From the NCBI RefSeq assembly GCF_009914755.1, contig NC_060941.1: 64,000 nucleotides of DNA; one strand, 5' to 3'. A program made the position numbers and the translations under genes. This DNA comes from the human T2T-CHM13v2.0 reference genome, Homo sapiens. Of the stretch, positions 29,421 to 44,812 are shown piece after piece. The notes under the pieces are model-generated. The model had not been told where the DNA came from and searched no databases. It worked only from the letters and a program-made list of their open reading frames with translations. How positions within the stretch are numbered: position 1 is the first letter of the stretch; each line of letters opens with the position of its first letter.

Positions 29421-29579
29421 AGCTCTCCCTCTCTGTACCTACGTACAACAACCCTATATCCTAGTTTTGGTTGGATCGATATTTTCTCTTTCTCTACATT
29501 TTGTTTTTTTCTGGAGTATTTCTTTATAACTTTTTAATGACTTAGTTCAATTTCTAACTTTTAAGATATTCCAACTTTA

Positions 29580-30255
<676 letters not shown>

Positions 30256-30260
30256 CAGAC

Positions 30261-30545
30261 CAGCACTTCACAACATGTATTACTGGGTTCTGGAGAACTT
30301 AGTATGTGGTCAGCCCTAAAACACATTTTGAAGATAGGATAGTTTGATAAACACTGCATCAAAAAGAGTTAAACTAATTTCTCTACTAAGAACTTGGAGG
30401 TTTTAACGTGCTAATGCGTATTGTGACTCTCCAAGAAGGAGGATGTACTGCATGATGTCTTCAAGCCTTATTTGATCATGGAAACTTTCTTCATCTTGCC
30501 TCTAAAGGGAAAAAAGTTTTGCAGAACAAACATTTAGAAATGGTG
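30261..30545. mobile_element. hAT-Charlie DNA transposon derivative
   Basis: tgctaatgcgtattgtgactctccaagaaggagga..ttatttgatcatggaaac..gaacaaacatttagaaatggtg. Confidence 0.65.
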
Positions 30546-30919
30546 TAAAAGGATTTTGAAGTTGGGTGCCCTAGTTTATGTCCTACGAAGAGGCAACTTC
30601 TTCTCGCCCCAGTGCCCTCCTCTCAGCTACTCCTAAGAAGCCAGCCCTTAAAATACTTTGATTACTATGGGTAATTTTCAGAATGAGGATGTGTGCAGGT
30701 AGGAGGGGAATAGAAAATCAGTAGACTATGTGTCCAACATAGAGACCAGAATGGAAGAATTTAAGGTTAAAAAATGTGTATAGTGAAATATCTTAAAATA
30801 TTGGCCTTTTCACAGTTTCTGGTAAGGGACTTATCTCCCAGTCTGTCTGCCTCCTTGACTTGAGGATGATAGGCACATTTAAAAAATAAATCTATCAAAA
30901 TCTGTTTGGGGAAAACATC

Positions 30920-31328
30920 CTCTCCCATTCTCAGGCCATGTGGTCCTGAGGAGGCTGATCTCACCCTCTGGCTCGAGAATGGTTGTGTGACCTGGTCTGG
31001 GCTGATGAAAATCAGCTATGCGGATTTTGTGAGAACTATTTGAAAAAAGAGACATTTCTTTTTTTGTTTGGATTGCCTGTGGTTTGGACACTGCAAGCCT
31101 AGGACTGCCAATGGACTTTTCTGATCTCTTTTTTTGGAGACACTGCCTGAAGATGTAGCCAACACAGAGGGAAGCAGAGTGAAGAGGAAGAAATTCAAGA
31201 ATTCCTGGAGACATCCTTTGAAAGCCCACATCAGCCTTGCATGACCTGTCAGTTCCATATTTGGACTTTTCAGTTATTGAGGCCATACATTCATTTTTAG
31301 GTTTCAGCTAGCTTGAATTTCTGTTACT
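30920..31328 (+). mobile_element. MLT1K-like MaLR LTR
   Basis: gccaacacagagggaagcagag, ttggacttttcagttattgaggccatacattc, tttctgttactt. Confidence 0.75.
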
Positions 31329-31786
31329 TTCTTTTTTTTTTTTTTTTGAATTTCTATTACTTTCAATTTAAAAAGTCTGCATTAGCAGAGTTACTCTGCC
31401 TCCCTTAGTGTTACATGCTGCAAGGATGAAAGGGGAATGCAAATGGAAATGCCTTTTTTATAGTTAGAACTCATTGGTTGTTAGCTTCCTTTTCCACATG
31501 GGTTTTTTTTTTCTTTTACATCAGGAAAGAGTGTCCTAAAACATGGTGGTCTACTGAGACCAACTAAGGAGAAAGCTAAAAGTCAGAAATCCAGGATACG
31601 AAGTATTCCCAGGAGCTCTGTACATTAAACTTTGGGATGGGAACTTGATGTTGAGATGAAAAGTGGCTCAGTGCATGTCAGGATGTTGAATGGGTAAGCC
31701 CAGCTCCAAACAGCACACATACATCAATTCTACACACTGTTTCAGAGAAAAGTGGAACCGTATATGGATTCTGGCAAGTTCTATGA

Positions 31787-32261
<475 letters not shown>

Positions 32262-32596
32262 ACCCATGCGTTTTAAGCAGAATTTCTCTGGCCCTCTTTG
32301 GCATGTAAAGGACATCAAAGGCTTTTCATGGGTATAAGCACAGTCTGGTTGGACAGACATCCTGCTGTGGATGCTGGCTTTTCTTTGCCTTGGTTAACAG
32401 TTTCCCTTCTGGATCAATAAATACCAGTATCAATACGTATCAATGTACATTCTGAAGTACCATCCTGCTTGTTTCTTGTTGAGGATTAAAGATTAGGAAA
32501 ATATAGATTAGTTTGCAGATTAGGGCAGCTTAGCTGTACACCTAGAATGGTTGGGTGTCCTTTGCCTACTATTTCCTCTAGCCCAACACACAAGTC

Positions 32597-32597
<1 letters not shown>

Positions 32598-32627
<30 letters not shown>

Positions 32628-32712
32628 GTACATGCATTCATGCATATTCACACACACATGCTCATGCATCCACATACGTTTATGCATATTTACCCATGCA
32701 TGCTCATGGATG
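32598..32712. repeat. (CA)n followed by CATG-rich degenerate repeat
   Basis: About 13 CA units then catgca-type units. Confidence 0.85.
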
Positions 32713-33279
32713 CACCAGTGTCCTTCATGTTCCAGACTCAAATACGTAGACAGTCTAGTGACAGCCGGCAATTCCTGCCTTACTGAAAACTATCTAGGAT
32801 GGGGAGTGGGGAACTGGGTGGGGAGTTTATCAAGGTCTTTTCTGCAGTCTCCCTCATTGTGTGGAAAGACTGAGCTTAGTGCCTGGAAAGAAACAAACTG
32901 CAAGAACTTTCGTTGCATCTCCAGAAGACAGCCTGCCTCTCCCTGGGGTAGTATGTGCTGTGTTGACTTTTGGCTCATTCTCTGTGAAGGAATTGTTTAT
33001 ACTGAGAAGTAAATATGGGAGGACAAGCAGAGAGGAGGAGGGTGTGTATTTTTGTGTGGGGGGTGGGGTTCAGTCAGAGCTTGCCTGCAGTTCTGGAAGC
33101 ATTTGTGACATCAGCATTGGGCACTGGGAAGCATCTTAGGCTGGCAGGAGTGTCCTGAGCTCTGTTGGTCTCCTGGGATGCCACGACACATCTTTCCCAG
33201 GAGCAAAGCACTTCAGCACATCCCTGTGCTTTGCAGAGCTCTGAGTTCCAATGTCACATTGCCTCCTTGACTTTTACAT

Positions 33280-33575
33280 TGCAGGCCTCAGTACAGATGA
33301 CCTCTTCAGAGAGGCCTACCTTGGTCAGGCCTCTGGACAAGTAAAGCGATCACCTCTTGAATCATCCTCCAACTCCACCCCATTAACTCCCTTCCAGTGG
33401 CTATCAGTGCCTGAAAATATCTTAGTTGCTTGTTTATGTTCTCTACTTTCCCATGCTAGAATGTAAGCTCCCTGAGCTCCAGGGATCTGCCTTATTTCCC
33501 CCTTGTCTCCATCACATTGAACAGTTGGCAATGTGTCATAGGTGCTTGGTAAATACAGTATTTGCTGATCCACTG
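33280..33575 (+). mobile_element. L2 3' end
   Basis: ctagaatgtaagctccctgag..cagggatctg..cataggtgcttggtaaata. Confidence 0.8.
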
Positions 33576-33711
33576 ACCCACTGCATAGATTTTCTGAGGA
33601 CTGAGAAAGAGCAGTTAATCAACTTAATTCTCTGAGTTAAGGATGTGAGATACAAGAATAACAAACTGTCATTAATGTCTTCAAAAAATGCATTGCACAT
33701 TCCCTTACAAG

Positions 33712-34215
33712 TGTGATGATTAACATTATATGTCAACTTGGTGAGGGTATGGTGCCCAGTTGTTTAGTTAAACACCGGTCTAACTGTTGCTGTGGAGGTA
33801 TCATTTAGCTGTGATTAACATTTGAATTAGTAGACTTTGAGATAGCCCTTCAAAATGTGGGTGGGCCTCATGCAATCAATTTGCCTTAAGAGCAAAGATT
33901 GAGGTTTCCTGAAGAAGAAGGAATTCTCCTCAAGATGGCAGCATAAAAATCCTGCCTGACAGAGCTTGCAGTGAGCCGGGATAGCACCATTGCACTCCAG
34001 CCTGGGCGACAGAGCGAGACTCCACTTCAAAAAAAAAAAAAAAAAAAAAAAATCCTGCCTGAGTTTCCAGCTTGCTGTCCTGCAGATTTCAGACTCAAGA
34101 GTATAACAGTTCATACCTGAATTTCCAGCCTGTTGGCCTGCCCTGTGGATTTCAAAATTGCTACTCCCCATAATTGTGTAAATTTTGTGAGCCAATTCCT
34201 TAAAATCTCTCTCTC
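33712..34215 (+). mobile_element. MLT2 (ERVL) LTR with nested Alu fragment
   Basis: tgtgatgattaacattatatgtcaacttg; aatgtgggtgggcctcatgcaatcaatt; gtgagccaattccttaaaatctctc. Confidence 0.88.
33961..34052 (+). mobile_element. Severely 5'-truncated AluY (about 90 bp)
   Basis: agagcttgcagtgagccg..gacagagcgagactcc plus A-tail; TSD aaaaatcctgcctga. Confidence 0.9.
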
Positions 34216-34249
34216 TATAAATATGTACTACATATACATACCTATAGGC

Positions 34250-34460
34250 ATATGCTTAATGCTTTAACTTATTATTTCATTTAATCATTACGACAACCTT
34301 ATGAATAGGCATTGTTTCTATACTTACTATATAATATGAAAACCAAGTTTCAGAGAGGTTAAGTAACGTAGCCAATATCACACAGCTGGCAAATCATGGA
34401 GTTTGTGCTCCAGCCCGAGTCTGTCCAATGCACAAGCATATGCTTTTATCATCATGCAAC
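34250..34460 (-). mobile_element. MIR
   Basis: tttcatttaatcattacgacaaccttatga..cagagaggttaagtaacgtagccaatatcacacagct. Confidence 0.85.
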
Positions 34461-34479
34461 TCTAAAACTGGAACATGAA

Positions 34480-35600
34480 TCAGAAATGGCTCTTGCCTTT
34501 GAAGGGCTTGTGGTGTATTACAGGGAAGTATAGACAGAAATAATTGCAATTTTCAGGGCAGAGATTGATAAGTTTTATGAAATTTAACAGGAGAGAAAGA
34601 TCAGTTTAGCTTCTGTGGATGGTGCAGAGCTTAATGGATAATAGTTTCAATCTGGGCTTTGAAGAATGGATAGGAAGGACTTGAATACTTGGAGCTAGAA
34701 AGGATGTCATTGTAGATCTGTACTGTGAAGTAGAAATAGAGTGTGAGCCACACATTAGAGCCACATATAGAATTTTAAAATTTCTGGTGGCTGAATGAAA
34801 AAAGAAACAGGCAAAATCCAATTAATAATATGCTTTACCTAGCCCAACATATCTAAAACACTACCATTTCAACGTGTAATCCACATAAAATTGTTAATGA
34901 GGCATTTTCACGTACTTTTTGCACCAAATCTTCAAGATGGTAGAACACTTCTCAGTTTAGCACGTTCTCAATAGAAAAAAGTTATCAATGAGCTATTTTG
35001 ATTGTTTCTTTTCTAATACATCTTTGGAATCTTGTGTGTATTTTCCCTTAACAGCACATCTCAATTCGGACTAGACGCACTTCAAATGCTCAGTAGCTCC
35101 GTGTAACTCGTGGCTACCACATTGGACAGCAAAGCTGTAGATAGAGAGCAGGGCAGGGCAGAGACCAAGTGACAGGGAGGCTAGGTGCAGGTGCAGGACT
35201 TGGAGAAGCATGGTCAGCCTGGAGTGGAAAGGCAGGTGGGGCTGGATAACGGAGAGCCTCAATAAAGTTTTGAGATTTTAGTAACAGGTAAAGAGGAGCC
35301 ACCACAGGTTATGTGAAGAGGGAAGAAAGCTCTGTCTTAGGAAGACATTAGCATGAGGGGCGAGTGGGTCATGGAATGGCTAATGGGGAGAGAGACCAGC
35401 TGGAGAGCACTGGCAGTGGTTCCCTTGGAGATAATGAGGCTGAACTGAGGCTGTGATGCTGGGGATAGACAGAGTGGAAAATGCCACTGGATAAGAGTTT
35501 GCAAGCACTGGTAAAGGAGAGGGAGCCACAAGGATATTAAGAGGGGATTCTGAGCTTTCCATACTGGGTGACTAGGAATACAGTGTGAAACAGGCAGCTC
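34480..35600 (-). mobile_element. L2 fragment split by MER33
   Basis: ctgggctttgaagaatggatagga; agagagaccagctggagagcactggcagtggt..gagataatgaggctgaactgagg. Confidence 0.7.
34713..35140. mobile_element. MER33 (hAT-Charlie)
   Basis: gagccacatatagaattttaaaatttctggtggc; cagcacatctcaattcggactag..gtggctaccacattggacagc. Confidence 0.85.
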
Positions 35601-37664
35601 TAGAGAATTACCAACAGATTACAAGAGGTTTCATCTTCTCTCACTATGGGATTTGAAACAGTCTCCAGGACCTCTTCCCTCCTCCTTGCTGGGGAAAGAT
35701 GTCTGGTTCTCAGCCCCTCTCCAGCAGGAAGACGGGTGATTGCACTATCAAGCCCTCAAGAACGACCCTGCTTCAGCAGAGCTCCATCCATCCCTCATCT
35801 TGTTAGAACTACGTGACCCTGAGCATCTACTGAATGTCTCTAGGTCTTGGAATCCCCAGAAGCACCACTCCCCAAGTGGTGTGGTTAGATAGCAACTGGA
35901 TCCTGCTGTCCAATATGCGTCTAATGATCTGTTATTACGTGCTCAGTGCATCTCTAACTGCTCTAATGAGCTGGAAGTCTGGAGGAGGAATGACAAAGAT
36001 TTACAGCTTTTCCTTGGGAAACCGTCCTCATGTCATGGGAGGGATTAACTGGACCAGGCATGACTCCCAGCTCAGTGGCTGCTGATAGCAACAGGGACCA
36101 TAAGAATCTTGGGTGATTAGAGCCCTATGTTATCATGGACGCCTTCCTCGTCGTTGTTTATTTTAGATTGTGGCCATCCCGGCAGCCGGCTTGGTGTGTG
36201 TCAGACATACTTAATAGAGAGATAATTTAGGACAAAGAATGTGTGAGATGGTTCTGGGGGAGATGGAGAGTGAGGGGGTAGAGTCGTTCCCAGGTTTGAT
36301 TGCTGCATACTTTGTTATCTAGGGAAGAGCTCCTGGGGACTTCTTGGATACATCTCCACTTCTACAGCCCCGCTTCCCTTAATCTTCTCACAGCCCTTTA
36401 GTTACTTTTGGAGTCTTGTTCTTCAGGTCTCAGTGTTGCTGCCTTGAATGGTTCATCTTTAACTTCAGGTTGCATCCTTTTCTTTTTCAAGGTTCTTATT
36501 CTTTCCCTCCTTTTTTCTGTTCTTCTAGTTCTCTGTTCCACTTCCTTCTTTTCTGGAATTTTTTGTCTTCTGTTCCCATTTATTTGCTGAAGTAGTACAT
36601 GGTGAGTGAGGCTCTTCGTGGAACCGCCACCATTTTTATTTACCTCACGTTGTGCCTTGCATGTTCTCTTACCTTTTCTATTTGCTCCGTCCCTATAAAC
36701 TTATAAAGCCTTTTCTTCACTTTTTTCTTCCTCATTGTCCTTTGATCCCCTCCTCCCCCCAAAAACTCAACCTGGAAGAGTCCCTGGTGCAAGGAAATTT
36801 ATAAATAGATCATCACCAAAAAACCCCAAAACTGTCCTTGTTGAAGGTGAAAAAGACCTTCAATAGGATCCAGACCATAAGACTGTAGGGGTTAGCACAG
36901 CTCACTAGAAAACATGACATATTAAACCAATATTTTTGTGTGTTTTTTTATCTAGATAGTCAGAAATGAATCAATTCCAAAATCCGTAAGACTCAAAATT
37001 AGAAGTGGAAGAAAATAAAGCCTATGATTTGGATTCTCTCATTGACATTAGCCCTGTCACAATGCCAAGGAGTTTCAATAGTTCTCTAGGGGACTGTTTA
37101 TCAAAACCACAGAAATTGTCCACACAAGAGCACAGAAAACTCTGCTCTGGATCTGCTCCTATCAAGTCCGCTGAATACATCTCTGTCTTAGCATTTTCTG
37201 CAAACACAAGGGGGAACACTAATAGCCCAACTCCCTTCTTAATAATCCAATTTGGATCAATTGACCAAATCATTATTCAAAGCCTTCTTTGGCCTATTAA
37301 TACTTGATTTGTATAGGCTCCTAGGATAATGAGTTCCATATGGCATGGGGTGACTCTGTCCACTCTGTTATTTTTAGAGGAGTTCGAACTTGTGCTATGC
37401 CAGTTGGGCAGGTGTCTTTTGACCTCTAAGTGTCCTCCAGGGACAACCGCCCAGGTGCCCTCTGTACAGTGTTGTTCCCTCCAATATCCCTTGTCATGAG
37501 AGGAAGCTGCCCCAGCCAAGCAGGAAGGAGCATTTTTTTTTTCTCGATTGATTGCAAAGCTGAACAGAATCCTGGAGCTGAGTTTCCCATCATTGTTGCT
37601 TCATGGTACTTTGCATAGAGACTACACTCATCTGCCTTTAGGGGAGCACAAAAGGGTACTGGGA

Positions 37665-37880
37665 TTTGCACCCAGACCTCTTGTTTTTAGTCTCTGTGCT
37701 GTTCTTTACTGGCCATAGGACCTTAAGCGAGTCATTGAATCCTCCTCAGCCTTAGTTTCTCATGTGCAAAATGGGTGTATAACACCTGCCTAAATTACTT
37801 CTCAAAGTATTTGTGAGCAGTGAATGAGATGAGGGAGTGTTTTGAAATGGTAATGTGCTACATAAAAGCCTTGTTATTAT
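37665..37880 (+). mobile_element. MIR
   Basis: ctcagccttagtttctcatgtgcaaaatggg..acctgcct. Confidence 0.75.
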
Positions 37881-38366
37881 TATTAATGTCATCCTTTGGT
37901 TAGGCGTTTGTTGGATCCTTTTTCTGCAGGAGCATGGCATAAGATCTCTCTTGCTTCTCTCTTCTTGGCCACTCCCTGGCCTTCCTCTTTGTCTCCCCAC
38001 CATTGGAAAACTCTTTTTAAGTGTGGGCTGGAGTAGCCCCTGAGGCTGATTATTTTATTCTAGAGTGGGGGCATTTCTAACCCTGCCTTAATCACCTTTG
38101 AACACTGAAGGTTAGACCAACACTGTGAAGATAGATCTTGCAGGCTGGGAAAAACTCAAACCACAAAGGGTGAGGCTCATTTCCAAGGGCAGATTTTCAG
38201 AGGAGCGTAGAAATAAAAGCTGGTTGGGGATATCTGCTCAAACGGAGATGTGGTAACTGTGTCAGAGAAAACTGGGCCCATGGTACTGTTTCTCATTCCA
38301 GTGGGCATTAAATTCTTGACACATGCTTTCTCTTTTTCTTGAAATGCCATTCCTTTTTGGTTATAC

Positions 38367-38692
<326 letters not shown>

Positions 38693-38744
38693 TTGGTTAT
38701 AGGTTTTTAAAAATATTTTGTATGCTTTATGAGAATTAGCTTTT

Positions 38745-38900
38745 AGTCCTGACTACAACCTTTCAAGGGTGATATTATTGTGTCTTCCATTTTGCAGATG
38801 AGGAAACTGAGGTGCTGAGATGAGGCAACTTCCCAATGCCACCTGGTGATGGAATTGGTATTCCAACACATTTTGGTCTAATTCTACAGTCCACGTGGTT
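38745..38900 (-). mobile_element. MIR
   Basis: ccattttgcagatgaggaaactgagg. Confidence 0.8.
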
Positions 38901-39559
38901 ATCCACGAAGGGGAAGTCACCCATGAGGGGAACTGCGAGAGTCACCGTGAGACTTCCCAGTGCTTCACATGCTCCTGACCTCAAGAATGGCTCCTAAATT
39001 GCAAAAGAAATAACCAAAGGAATATTGCAACTGGGGAAAATCCATGCTCATGCTGCAAGGCCATCCACATGCTAAAAACATTGAGGAATTTCCCCAACAT
39101 AGGATCTGACAAGATCAGAGAATCTCAGGAAGCAAAGGACAGCTTGACCACACCTCCATACCACCCCAGAGTGCTGGCTGGGGGTTTAGTCAGCAGGGGC
39201 TACAGAAGCCACGTTGGCGACTGGGTGAATGGGGTAGGATGGGGTTCTTTCATGGTGCCCCTCTTTTTCTCCTTAAGCATTGCTCTTTCAAACGGTTGGG
39301 ACCTAGAAGCCAGCTACAGAAGGTGGCAAACCTTCTCTCCTATTCTGCTTGCACTTTGTCCAGCAGAAATTCCTTGCATTTGGACATGGTCATCTTTCCA
39401 GTGCCCGACCCTGGGAAGCCACAGTGTTTTCACTGTGTGTTTATGTTTTCGAGGCATTTCCATGGGCCTCTGAGGGACATAGGTGAAAGTTCATCGTCAT
39501 TTTGTCATCGTGCCCAGGAGACCAAGACTTCATTCTTTGGAACAGAGATATTTCTATAG

Positions 39560-39692
39560 ATTCTTCTTCTCTCTCTCCTCTTCTTCCTCTTCTTTCCCTT
39601 CTTTTTCATCTTCTCCTTCTCTTCTTTCTCCTCTTTCTCCTCCTCTTATTCCTCTTTTTCTCCTCCTTCTGTTCCTCCTCCTTCTCCATCTT
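39560..39692. repeat. CT-rich low complexity
   Basis: Pyrimidine tract. Confidence 0.85.
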
Positions 39693-40032
39693 TAAGCTAA
39701 TATTCATTTTATAAAAGCTATTGATTTTCACATATTAAAAAGTCAGGTAGAGCTTGAAGGCTTTTTAAGAAAAATAGCAGTTCCTTCACCTACCCTTTCC
39801 CCTACTCCCCAGAAACAAAATATTTCCCGTCTTTTCTAAAATAAATATATGCTTACATTGCCTTTCCTTGACTTGCTAATTTAGAAGTTATCTACTGAGA
39901 CAATATTACAGTGGCTCTGATAATTGAGATCTTTCACACCCATCTACTCTTGCCCTTCACCACACCCCAACCTACATACATGCCTATTCTCTTCCTAACA
40001 AAACCTTATTACACCTTTTAGTGAAATCATTA

Positions 40033-40510
<478 letters not shown>

Positions 40511-41214
40511 TCAGCCCGGTATGCTCTGTGGCTCTCCTGCCTGGGGTTGTCTTGATATTTTCCTTTGTGACCACTCTGGGATTTCCTTGTGCTGCTCTCC
40601 TGTGTTAGAGCCTTTTTCGTGTACCCCCAGTCACCCCCTTTTCTTGAGGTATGCACTCACTTTCATGGAGAACATCCTCCAGTAGCTTCCTTGAAAAATG
40701 ACACATGGCAGGTATATTTCTGGATTCTTTCCATGTCAGGAAATTGTCTTTATCCTTTCACACTTGACTGATGGTTTGACAAAGTATAGAATTTTAGGTT
40801 GGAAATAATTTTCTCTTAGAATTTTGAAGGCACTGCTCTGTTTTTCTCTACTACCCTTGACTCCCAGTAAGCTTTTAAGGTTTTCTCATTATTTTGTCTC
40901 TTGGTTTGTGTCTTTCTCCACTCATTGTGCTGGTTGTTTTGTAGATTCTGTTGATCAGAGGACTTGTGTCCTACAGTTGTGGGAAATTTTTTGAATATGT
41001 ATATTTTTTGATAATTATACCCTGACTGCTTCCTAGGTTTATTTTTTCTTGATCTCCTTATAGGATATTGGCTTCCTGAATTGAACCTCTAGTTTTTGGT
41101 TTTTTTTTTTCAACTTTTCCTTCCTAATGGCTATTTATTTTTGGTTCTACTCTAAGGGAGCGTTTCTCAACTTAGCCATTTCTTCTTTGAATCGAAAAAA
41201 TATTTGACTCTTAG

Positions 41215-41568
<354 letters not shown>

Positions 41569-42282
41569 ACGAGTTGCTTTTTTTGTTTCTTTTGTATATC
41601 CTCTTATTCTTGTTTCATGGTGGCAATCTTATTTCTGCAAGCGCATTCATTACAGGTTTTCTAGTCAGTTTTCTTTTGCTTCCTGTGTTGTCTCTGTTTT
41701 CTCTAAGTTTGTGCTTTGTTTTCTAAAAGGAAAAGATTTCTTGTTTTGGCCTTTATCTTTATTACTGGTAGCCTTCCTCAAACCTGGAGTGATCTTGGCT
41801 TATCTATTTCAACTTAAGAACAAAGCATTAAAAAATGAACGGAGACTTCTTTGTGGATTTCACTGGTAGACTTCCTCATGGGGCCGTAGGCTGGTGATCC
41901 TGCTTCCTGGTTGGGCAAATGGAGATTTTTTTCCTTGAGGCTGTTCAGCTTCTCTAGGGAAAAATCCTCTGTCCTCTTTTCTGATGGTAAAGGCTCAGTT
42001 CTTTGGAAACAAGGAGTTGAAGGCCCCCCTGTAAATTCAAATTAATTCCCTTGTTCTCAGGCCTGCTCCTCATCTCTGCCCTGTACTCTGCCTGGATCCT
42101 GTATCCTGGTTTCAGGAACCTTAATGGTTCAGTTTCTCTGAGGACAGCCACTGGTATCCCATAGGGTTACGTGGGTATATTTGCTGGGTTGCATGGAGTA
42201 GGGGTAGGGATGTGTGATCTAATCACTCCATGAACAGACGATCAGTCAAGCATTTCTAGCCTATCCCTCACCCCAGCTTTTG

Positions 42283-42573
42283 CTTTTAAAACTTTTTGCT
42301 TTCCTGGAAATTAGTAAGCCTTCTAAAAATGTGTGTGACATGTATCAGCTAATCCCATCACTCCTGTTTTTCCCTTGCGGTCCTCCACTCTCTGCTCCAG
42401 TCTGCACGGTGTGTTCTGAGCTCTCCTGCCTGGGGTTGTCTTGGTATTTTCCTTTGCGACCACTCTGGGATTTCCTTGTGCAGCTCTCCTGTGTTAGAGC
42501 CTTTTTCCTGAACTCCCAGTCACCCCCTTTTCTTGATGTATGTGCTCATTTTCATGGAGAAGCTCCTCCAGTA
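42283..42573 (+). repeat. Dispersed direct copy of 40110-40684 (without the Alu)
   Basis: ctaatcccatc.ctcctgttttt.ccttgcggtcctcc.ctctctgctccagtc..gctctcctgcctggggttgtcttg..gaccactctgggatttccttgtgc..cccagtcacccccttttcttga at both sites. Confidence 0.95.
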
Positions 42574-43171
42574 CCTTTCTGTTCCATTGGGCGAATCAGC
42601 CCTTTTTGAGTTGGCTTCCTCCTCTGAAGACAATAGAATGAAGTTCCCACTGACCTGTTAAGTCAATTGCCCTCCCATTCTTTTCTGTCTTCCAAAACTT
42701 ACAGGACCTTTTTTTTACACTGAAGTGTTCTTCCCTGCTTATTTTGTTCTTGTAGGCTTATGCTTTTTTTTTTTTTTTTAATTTCTTTCCTTCCATTAAA
42801 TGAGATTTTCAGAGAGGGTAGATAAACATGTGAGTTCAATCTGCCATGTTTAGCAGGCAGCCACTGTAGACCTGTGAACAGAACTGTGAGATGATGAAAG
42901 TCAGAAATGGGTTGAGAAGACTGATCTGCAGGTGGCTTGTTAGAGACGTTAGGGAGGGAAGTGACTATTGGCAGGGGGCCAGCCTGAAGGTTTCCTTAGA
43001 TCCTGATGAGGGATGATAAGTGAGAGGTGTTTGAATTTGGGTGGGTGTATGCCGGATCTGCAAGTAGGGAAACAAAGGGAAGCATCAGATTTGAAATGGC
43101 AACCGATGTCCCACTGGGTAGATCTGGCTCTCTTCTCTCTCCCTGTTTTTTAAAATATGTGCTATACGGGC

Positions 43172-43259
43172 ATATTTTGCCCATCATTTCTTTCTTTCTA
43201 TATTTTGCCCATCATTCCTTTCTTTCTATATTTTGCCCATCATTTCTTTCTTTCTATAT
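43172..43259. repeat. 28-bp tandem repeat x3 (atattttgcccatcatttctttctttct)
   Basis: Three near-identical units, one substitution. Confidence 0.95.
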
Positions 43260-43319
43260 CTTTTATTTCCCTACAGGCCCGGGGCAAGTGTTTGTTTTTA
43301 TTCAGCTGTGTCCTAAACA

Positions 43320-43460
43320 AATGTTTCTTAATCTTTAAGATGCATAAGAATCAGATTAGAAAAATGCAGATTCAGATTTATAGGTCTGAGTTGGGGCCTG
43401 AGATTCTGCATTTCCAGCAAACTCCTGAATGATGCAGAGGCTACTGGCCCACATGGTTCT
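43320..43460. mobile_element. MER5A (hAT-Charlie)
   Basis: aaaatgcagattcagatttataggtctgagttggggcctgagattctgcatttc. Confidence 0.85.
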
Positions 43461-43514
43461 GGAAGGAGGTTTGAATGCTCAGAAAAGCCTAAGCGGGAAA
43501 GGCATTTCACTTAG

Positions 43515-43839
<325 letters not shown>

Positions 43840-44619
43840 CCAGCCCTAACTCTTGTACCTGTTTTCTTCTCATCCTGTGTTCTCCTGCAGGCTTTGGCTG
43901 ACTTAGGTTGGTTTCTTTGAGGTGCAGCATTTCCTGAAATACTTCTTGCTAAGGGCTGGTCTAAGAGGAGAGGGGCTCCCTAAGGACCTACCACAGTAAC
44001 ATGTTGTCCTGGGAATGAACGATGGGCTGTTCCCTACACCCTGGGCACCTTAGGACCAGGCACCATTTGTAGAACAGTCTGCAGCATCCATAGCACCTCT
44101 CTCATCTGCCACGTTGCTTCCTGCTTTTCCTGTTGGTCTTGCTCTAGACCATTCCCAGTAGGGAATCAACTGGATAAATGGATAGAAGGAACCGGTTGAC
44201 TCTCTTTGTTATAGTAGTTTAAATCCCAACATTCAAAACTTAGGTGGATTACCTCTCGGTTTCTTCGAACACAGTAAACTAGCAGCATTGAATCAGAGAA
44301 TAAAGAAAACAAAAGAGTCTGTTTGCTTTACATAAAGGGACAGCACATGAAGCCAAAGTGACCTAACGTGAATTTTCAGAATTAGCATTTGCTGTTTTCA
44401 TTTGCCTAATGTAATTCCACTTTTGCTTATTCAGTGGGGATTTCATTTGTCTGATGTGGTTTTATAAGAAGCAGGAGAAGTGGGTAAGGAACAAAAGGAA
44501 AAACTAGCTTGTTCTTAGTAACTTAGTTTGATTTGTTTATAGTGAAGGTTATTAGGATTTTTAAATGCAATTATCCTCCCTCAAAAACCTGGGATGAATT
44601 GTGAGAATTTGGACATGAT

Positions 44620-44812
44620 TTAGCCTGGATCAGTTCAGAGTAAATTATTTCTGGATGGTGTAGTCAGTGGGGGTGTATCTAGCTTCTGCTTCCTGTAGGG
44701 GGGATGCCTGTAACATCCTGGATCTTTGCCTTGATGTTGTCAATGGGGTCACTGCATGCAACTTCAAGGATGAAGTCTTATTAGGACAAGTGAATTGCAG
44801 CAATAAGATCCC
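44620..44812 (-). pseudogene. Decayed processed ubiquitin pseudogene fragment (single Ub unit)
   Basis: Minus strand reads ILEVACSDPIDNIKAKIQDVTGIPP, then after frameshift/deletion DYTIQK*FTLN; ubiquitin reads [25 protein letters not shown]...DYNIQKESTLH. Confidence 0.8.

Noticed and set aside
34885-35070. Apparent internal duplication within MER33
   Set aside because: Highly diverged and may reflect the structure of the Charlie-derived element itself; cannot be supported as a locus-specific event
43844-43912. Polypyrimidine tract plus CAG acceptor just after an antisense Alu
   Set aside because: The only nearby donor (tag|gttggt) is weak and gives a 16-nt exon; insufficient support
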